The position numbers and the translations under genes were made by a program. A stretch of DNA of 64,000 bases from Eledone cirrhosa. Lineage: Eukaryota. The notes below the pieces were generated by a model, which was not told where the DNA came from, did no database searches, and saw only the letters and a program-made list of their open reading frames with translations. The stretch is from assembly GCA_964016885.1 (NCBI GenBank), contig OZ024749.1, positions 38,192,001 through 38,256,000 of the forward strand, given 5' to 3'. This document shows, piece after piece, positions 56,650 through 64,000 of this stretch (position 1 is the first letter of the stretch; every line of letters starts with the position of its first letter).

Positions 56650-57233
56650 GAAAGCCACCATTCCTGTGCTTTTCTGCGGGTATCCAGGAAATTCGTACCT
56701 TTCACTCCAAAGCATCTAAGAAGACTGAACGATATGATGATATAAAAGCACATGTTTATATAAGCGTTATAATATAGCATCCGTATATCAAAACCAGAAA
56801 TATTGACATTTGAAAATGTTAATAGAAATGAATTTTAAATTAAGCAATCACTATATATAATAATATTTGTTTCTACTTTAGGCACAAGGCCAGCAATTAA
56901 CCAGTTCATTACTGGTACTTTATTTTATCGACCCCGTAAGGATGAAAGGCAAAGTCAACCTCGGCGGGATTTGAACTCAGATCGTAAAGGGACGTAACTA
57001 TGCTGGAAAGCATGGCGTCCGACGCTCTACCGATACTGCCAATCCACCGCCTTATATAATAATATAAATATATAATAATATTTATGGTTAATCAACAGCT
57101 ACGAAATTTAGTATATAAATTATGTAATATTCATTCATTATTTATTCAAAGTAAACCGACTTATTTTACTAACGGGATAAAAAAAAATATATTCAGGACA
57201 CAGTCCCGCACTCCTCCTTTTATTATATTATGA
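56650..57233 (-). mobile_element. Helitron-like non-autonomous element (SINE nested)
   Basis: Minus-strand start A|TCATAATATAATAAAAG; homologous to 62463-62700; degenerate GC-rich hairpin near 56660-56680. Confidence 0.4.
56862..57052 (-). mobile_element. SINE family 1, full length
   Basis: TSD TATATAATAATAT. Confidence 0.9.
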
Positions 57234-57880
57234 TGGCAGAAGAATGATAATTGGTTGATTGGTGTGTTTATTAAATCTCGCGTTGTCTGTTCTAGTTCTT
57301 TGCGTTCTACGACCAAATCCCACATCTTGTCACGGAGTAAATGTTGATAAAATAGAACTGGGCCCTCTATAATTAAAACATCTAAGAAACCACATATGAG
57401 ATACAACCTCATAATAGACAGCCTGCTAAGCCTACTTAGGTGTGAGCTGCAACAAAAACGAGGAGACATGGCGTTACCAATGGCCAGAGTTAACTGACTG
57501 AAACCAATAAAGAAATATAAAAGATATTTATCTAAACACATTTGAATATCCCTCTCCTAATATATTGATCCACAGAAATCAATCATACAGGTTAGATGCT
57601 GAAAGAAATTAGAACTGAAGTACATCATAAATCAAAATAAAGAAATATGAAAAAAGTAAAAAAAATATTCAAAATATATAAAATGATATAAAACAATCGT
57701 TGACGAGGTTAGTTAAAAACAACAACAACAACGACATCAACAAAATACAGCAATAAATAAAGAGAAAAAATAATGAGTTGCCAACAAGAAAAGAATAAAA
57801 GAATGATTTATTTGCCAAGATCTGCGCTCTTCATACTTTCATGTAACTTTTGCACGGTGTGCTCAAAATCGATTAAAGTT

Positions 57881-57931
<51 letters not shown>

Positions 57932-58033
57932 TCTACAAATTTCATACTTGACGACCCGTTATATGTATGTGTGTGTGTGTGTGTGTGTGTGTCTGTGTGT
58001 GCGTAAGGGAGAGTGAGTGAGTGTGTGTATGTA

Positions 58034-58153
<120 letters not shown>

Positions 58154-59074
58154 CATATCTGTGTTTGTATGATTCTCTCTCTGTATCCCTCTATCTCTTT
58201 CTCTCTGTCTCTGCGTCTATGTGGTTGTGTCAGTGTATGTAGCTGTGTATACATATGTCATTATGAGAGTATATATAGTTTTGCTATGTCGCCGACCTTA
58301 CAAATCTATATTTCCATGTAGTTTTCCACTTGGCTTCACAAATGAACATACCCATTTATACAGAACCATCATTGGCTGCCGGTTCCATTTACTCCTCTCT
58401 CTTATCTATCACTGCCCCATCTCTCTCTCACTGCCCCATCTCTCTCTCGCCCTCCTTCGTCTCACACATCCACTTCCCCTCTAAGTTTCTATTCTGTCGT
58501 CTTTCTGCTATATTTTTTATAATTACTAAAGTAATTCCTTTTCTACTAAGTAAGAGTGTGGTGGGAATGATGTGTCTAGTATATGTTCTGTGTGAGTGTG
58601 TGTGGTTGGCTGGAGGTGTGTGAGTGTGTATGATTGTGCGCGTCATAGATGTCGCTCGAGAGTGTATAATTGTGCATGGGGGATTGTGAGAGTTTTGACG
58701 TTTATGACCTATCCGTACTTTGTTATCTTATGTGCATATCTACACACGCAGACACACACACACACACACACTCACACACACACTGATACTAACTCGGACA
58801 CATAAACACAAACACACACCCACACACACACTCACACATATGCATACATGAATGTATATTGTTTAAGTGTAGTATAGCTCTTTTTACAAAACGTTTTTTT
58901 TTCCATTTCAGGTAGGTAGACGCGCGCCATCATCCACTTTTCTAAAATATAAATCATACACAAAACGCCAGCAACAACAGTTTTGCAAGAGATGTCAACA
59001 TGAATGAACCTGTTATTTTTATCTAAAGACATTTTTTTTCCAATTCCAACCCGCCCATCTTATTTCTCATTCTT

Positions 59075-59110
59075 TCTTTTGATGAAGGACTAGCGTCCGA
59101 AACCTTAAGA
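59075..59110 (+). ncRNA. Degenerate minimal hammerhead motif
   Basis: TCTT-TTGATGA-A-GGAC TAGC GTCC-GAAAC CTT-AAGA (C3T; stem III mutated from AACGTT). Confidence 0.5.
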
Positions 59111-59201
59111 TCCTCTTCCTGCTATATCAAGCATTAACCTAATATATCCCTTCCATATACTGTACTGATTGTGTTCTTATTTCTGTTTACCTTTTACATA
59201 C

Positions 59202-59234
<33 letters not shown>

Positions 59235-59685
59235 AATCTCTCTCTCTATATATATATACATATATATGTATATAAATATATATATGTGTGCGTGTGTGCG
59301 TGCGTGTATGTGTGTGTGTGTGTTCGTGTGTGTGTGTTTTTATATACGTATATGTATATAAATTCATAGTACCCCACTCTTTCTCTCTCTCTATGTGAGT
59401 ATGTGCTCGCACGTGCGTGTGTTTCTATCCGTGTATGCTTGCATTACGGGTTTGGATGATAAATACACTAAAACTACAAATGGATTAAGGAGTCAAATAT
59501 AATATAAAGATATAATATAAAAGTTTTTAATAATAGGGAATATTTATTTGGAGATGTCAGCGATGTTAGTCGCTGATTAAAACAAGCCAACTTTTTATAA
59601 TCTAATAGATGCATTAGGAGCTCAAATTAGATAATTATACCACCTTAAAAGCACACAGGCATGCACACAAATACACACACATAAG

Positions 59686-59751
<66 letters not shown>

Positions 59752-60446
59752 AGAGTGTTTGCTTGAAGCATTGTGGAATAATAAAATTGGTCGTTTTGGA
59801 AGCCTCACCAATGCAGATAGGTAAATCTCTCTCTCTATATATATATATATATCTGTGTGTGTATGTAATTGAGTGTATGTGTAAAAAGTAAACAGAAGTA
59901 TCAAAGCAAAAGACAGTACAATGAAGAAATACATTAGTTTAACGCTTGAAACAAGGATATTTGTATCCGTCCAAATGCGATGTTGTAGTCCAAGACATAA
60001 TATATACAATAATGAAAATAGCGAAGGCCAGGTGTAAAACAATTGTATTTCATTTTAGTCAGAATCCACCGTAATATATATTTATGTGGCGTTGATGATT
60101 ATCTAATGCAGTCACCACGCAACCACCAGCACGACATCATCAGCAAGCATCTTGAGTAATAAGGTCTTTATGTAATATTCCTATTTCAATACGGGGTTTA
60201 CATATGATGATGGGCCAATACCATGTGTGTTCTTCTGCATCCCTTCTTCTTATCAAGAAATAGGAATGCTAAGTAACAATCTTATTACATAATATGCTGT
60301 CAGATAAAGTCGTGTCAGTGATTGCGTGATGACTGCAATGCGTAATCAGGAACGCCAGAGAAATATGGATTACGCCAGATTCTGAATAAAATGAGTCAGG
60401 AAATTCTACATCTAGCCTTAGCACTTATCATTAACATGTATGTATG

Positions 60447-60488
<42 letters not shown>

Positions 60489-60489
60489 T

Positions 60490-60703
60490 ATAGTGATAAT
60501 AATAATAATAAATTTGAAGGCTAAAATCCAAAGAGAGCTCGATAACGATAAATATATATCAAATATATAAGAACCGTAGAGCAAATATTTATTAAAATAA
60601 CATATTAATGTTTAAGCAAACAATCGCTGCTTTCACACTTAACATTAAGGGTGAAAGCAGCGATTCTTTGCTTAAACTTTAATCTGTTATTTTAATAAAT
60701 ATA
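60490..60703 (-). mobile_element. Family F arm+tail insertion
   Basis: Tail on the left; inverted arm 60645-60703 ends at the same TAATAAATAT boundary. Confidence 0.85.
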
Positions 60704-60709
60704 TATATG

Positions 60710-60891
<182 letters not shown>

Positions 60892-61267
60892 TATATACAT
60901 ATATATATATACACACATAGAGAAGACGTATGTATATTTTCTTACTATGATAATTTGTAATATATTTTACATAGATCAATAATAGACTGGACATTCGGGG
61001 AACTACCCCCCCCCCTCCAGAAACGATCGTAAAATAATGAGTTTTACTATGAATTAACCGTTTTGGGGTTAATTTCATTGTTTTCACTATTTGTATATAA
61101 ACATATATATATATATACATACATACATGCATACATACATGACAATGATAAGTGCGAAGGCGAGATGTAGAAATTCCTGACATCTATATACATATATATA
61201 TGTTTATGATATATACATATGTATATATTGATATATATCTATATATGTATACATATATTTATGAGAT

Positions 61268-61319
<52 letters not shown>

Positions 61320-62462
61320 TTTGATGTGCGTTCCAATGGTATTACGACTTAATTATCCACAAGAATATAGATTCAGACAAACGATAAACTTAAGCAATTA
61401 TATTTGTGTGTGTGTGTTTCTATAAATGTGTGTGACATTTGTGTGTCTAATGTTGTATGTGTATGTGTGGGTATGTGTGTGTATGTGTATGTGTGTGCGT
61501 GACATTGACTGTCTTTAATTGATCTTTTGAAGCTGTCCTTTTAAGTCTAAACATACATTAATTACAGAAAGCTCGTTTTGTGTCATATTTTTCCATAATT
61601 AATGGAGTACGCCGCAGTGATTAGGTGGGAGCTGGAGATTAAACGAGAATTCTAATTATGTCTCCGTAGTTACAGGTTAGAAGGTGACACGCTGAAGCTT
61701 AGATTGCAATTGCTAGAATAGAATATATATTCATGCAGCTTTCTGTCTTTCTGTTTGTGGTATGAAGGAAGGATTGGATTAAATTTAAATTTGGCCTCGA
61801 AGTTTTACAGCGCACAGTTTGGTGAGATGGAATGAATAACATACAGTATTCAATTCTAATGCTCAGCTTATTGTTACTGCTAAACTGTTGCTTCGTATTT
61901 CATGATTTCATTTGATCTTCACGCAAATATAAGACATAAATCGAAAAGAGCCGATCGTCAGGTCTGACCTAGGAAACAAAGTTTCCATTGGCCTTTCCAT
62001 TGCTGATAGTCTCTGCCAGTCACAACACCTTCCTGGCGTGTCTAAGACTTCCGGGGACCAGAGGATTTGAACACATAACGCATAGATCTCAAACTCTCGT
62101 CGTCTGACACACCGGAAATCAAAGACACAAATACACATACACACACACGTACACACACTCACACACGCACACACAGACACACATACACATACACATGTTT
62201 CTTACCTCAACACCAACACATATATGACCCATTACCTAACAGCACTCTCAATGTAAGGAGGCTTCACTTCAACAGAAGAGGCCCGAAAAAAGCACTAAAA
62301 CGAGTTTCCTTTAAACAATTATATAAGATTACATCAACTGTAGGTAATAAGACTAAACATAGAAGCCTACTACATTCTATATACGTATAGAAAGATCTCA
62401 TTTTGATGCTTGAAATAGCGCGAAATCGTGACGACATTGATTGATTGTATTTTTGAAGAATA

Positions 62463-62700
62463 TCTTAACTATAATAAAGAAATGAGTGCGGGACTGCATC
62501 CAGAATATATTTTTTTACCCCGTTTGTAAAATAAGTTGGATTACTTTGAATAAATAATGAATGAATATTACATGATTTATCTACTAAATTTCGTGGCTGT
62601 TGATTAAATATATTTTATAGCTTATTCAAAGATTCACTTCTTTAAAATTGTCAAATGTCAACAATTCCAGTTAGGGGCCGTTATATTATAATCGCATATA
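62463..62700 (+). mobile_element. Helitron-like element, second copy
   Basis: A|TCTTAACTATAATAAAG start; inverted homologue of 56765-57233. Confidence 0.4.
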
Positions 62701-64000
62701 TTTCCGTGGCTAATTTTCTCCTAATGTTGTTTATATATAATATCGTCTTTTTTAAAATGTATCATGGATTACGTTACTGATTACAGAAGACAGTGTAACA
62801 CAGTCTTCGTTCAATTTCTGGGTATATTGTCAATTACGATTTTATTTACAAGCATATATATTTGTGTATAATATCAATATACACACTACACATGCTAGCA
62901 GAAAACTAATCTTCGTGTGTACGACGTTGAAGTAAAAAATAATTTGCCAGACGTTGGCAGTGTTGACTTCAGTCGACCAAATTTCACCACTTCTCCACTT
63001 CAGTATGTTAATATGTAGAGTACATTTCTTTTCGTTTGATATAGCTAATATATATATATATGTGTGTGTATGTGTGTGTATGTGCATGTATCTATATATA
63101 TATATATATGTGTGTGTGAGTGTGTACATAATATGTGTGTATGTGCATGTGTATATATATGTGTGTGTATGTGTTTGTGTGTGTGTCTGTATACGTTTTG
63201 TCTTTTCAGTGTTTTGCCTGTGTTATTGTCCACCATGACACAGAACAAGACCAAATAAAAATCATCAATGTCTAATATAAAAAACGTTATTGCTTTTGGT
63301 GACTTTTTGTTGTTTTATTAGTAAGTTCTCTAAATTTTGCTTTTTCCTTTCTTTCTCTCTCCCTAAACATTGTGTAAATAAATGTCTCTTATCTCAACCA
63401 AACACAAAGGAGATGCTACAGAAACAAAAGAAATAGAAGAAAGAAGGAAGGAAAAAATGAATAAGTGGAAGAACGAAAGAATAATAACGGAGTGAGTTGC
63501 TTTGTTTATCTCCCTTTTTCTCAGGTTCTATTGTCTTTTAATATATATAGACAGTATATATTTTTTGCTTACTTCAAAATTATTTTCAACACTATAGCAA
63601 GGAAAAAAAATATTTTGACCATAAAGTATTGAATGTAGAGAGTCTAACTTGATATAGTTGAGTGGAAATGTTTACAGAACATCAGTTGGCTTAGCTGTTT
63701 AACCATGTATTTTATGGAGGTTGTATATTCTATAAAAGATTATCAGATAAACTATTCAACCTTGTGTTCGAGGGGGTTGAATTTTCTATAGACCATTATC
63801 AGGTCAGGTATATGCTGTGTTTAAAGGGGTTAACATTCTATAAAACATCATCATGTCAAGCAAAAGTGTTGGGATTGAACTTTGTAGATTTAGCTTTTCA
63901 ATATGTGATGAAGAAAAAATGGCAAACATTTATAGAGCAAAATACAATCATATATTACGTATGTTTAAAGGGGTTTACCTTCTATAAAACAGGATAAGGT

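Overview
AT-rich, microsatellite-saturated eukaryotic non-coding DNA. The SINE repertoire and (TA)n/(CA)n density suggest an octopus-like cephalopod (inference). No intact protein-coding gene is evident: nearly all long ORFs are translations of tandem repeats (42-, 61- and 25-bp minisatellites; di- and trinucleotide arrays). Recognisable relics include about 17 copies of one tRNA-derived SINE, a second SINE family, CRE-, Dong/R4- and RTE-type LINE fragments, a decayed hAT transposase, a hAT MITE and Helitron-like ends. The main signal lies between the (TA)n tracts. The short 'unique' islands there are insertions from roughly a dozen unrelated families, and together they carry about 19 type I hammerhead ribozyme (HHR) motifs read by eye (stem I-CUGANGA-stem II-GAAA-stem III-UH-stem I'). 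Most share one architecture: an inverted arm starting at a fixed family-specific point, then a forward segment ending in a fixed tail, with (TA)n on both sides. A decayed Penelope-like (PLE) reverse-transcriptase fragment in the same context (25.0-25.4 kb) points to PLE machinery. One family is a ~446-nt non-coding, circularly permuted, HHR- and octamer-containing unit that resembles a retrozyme. All coordinates and structures were read manually and no searches or folding programs were run. Family letters A-G are my own labels.
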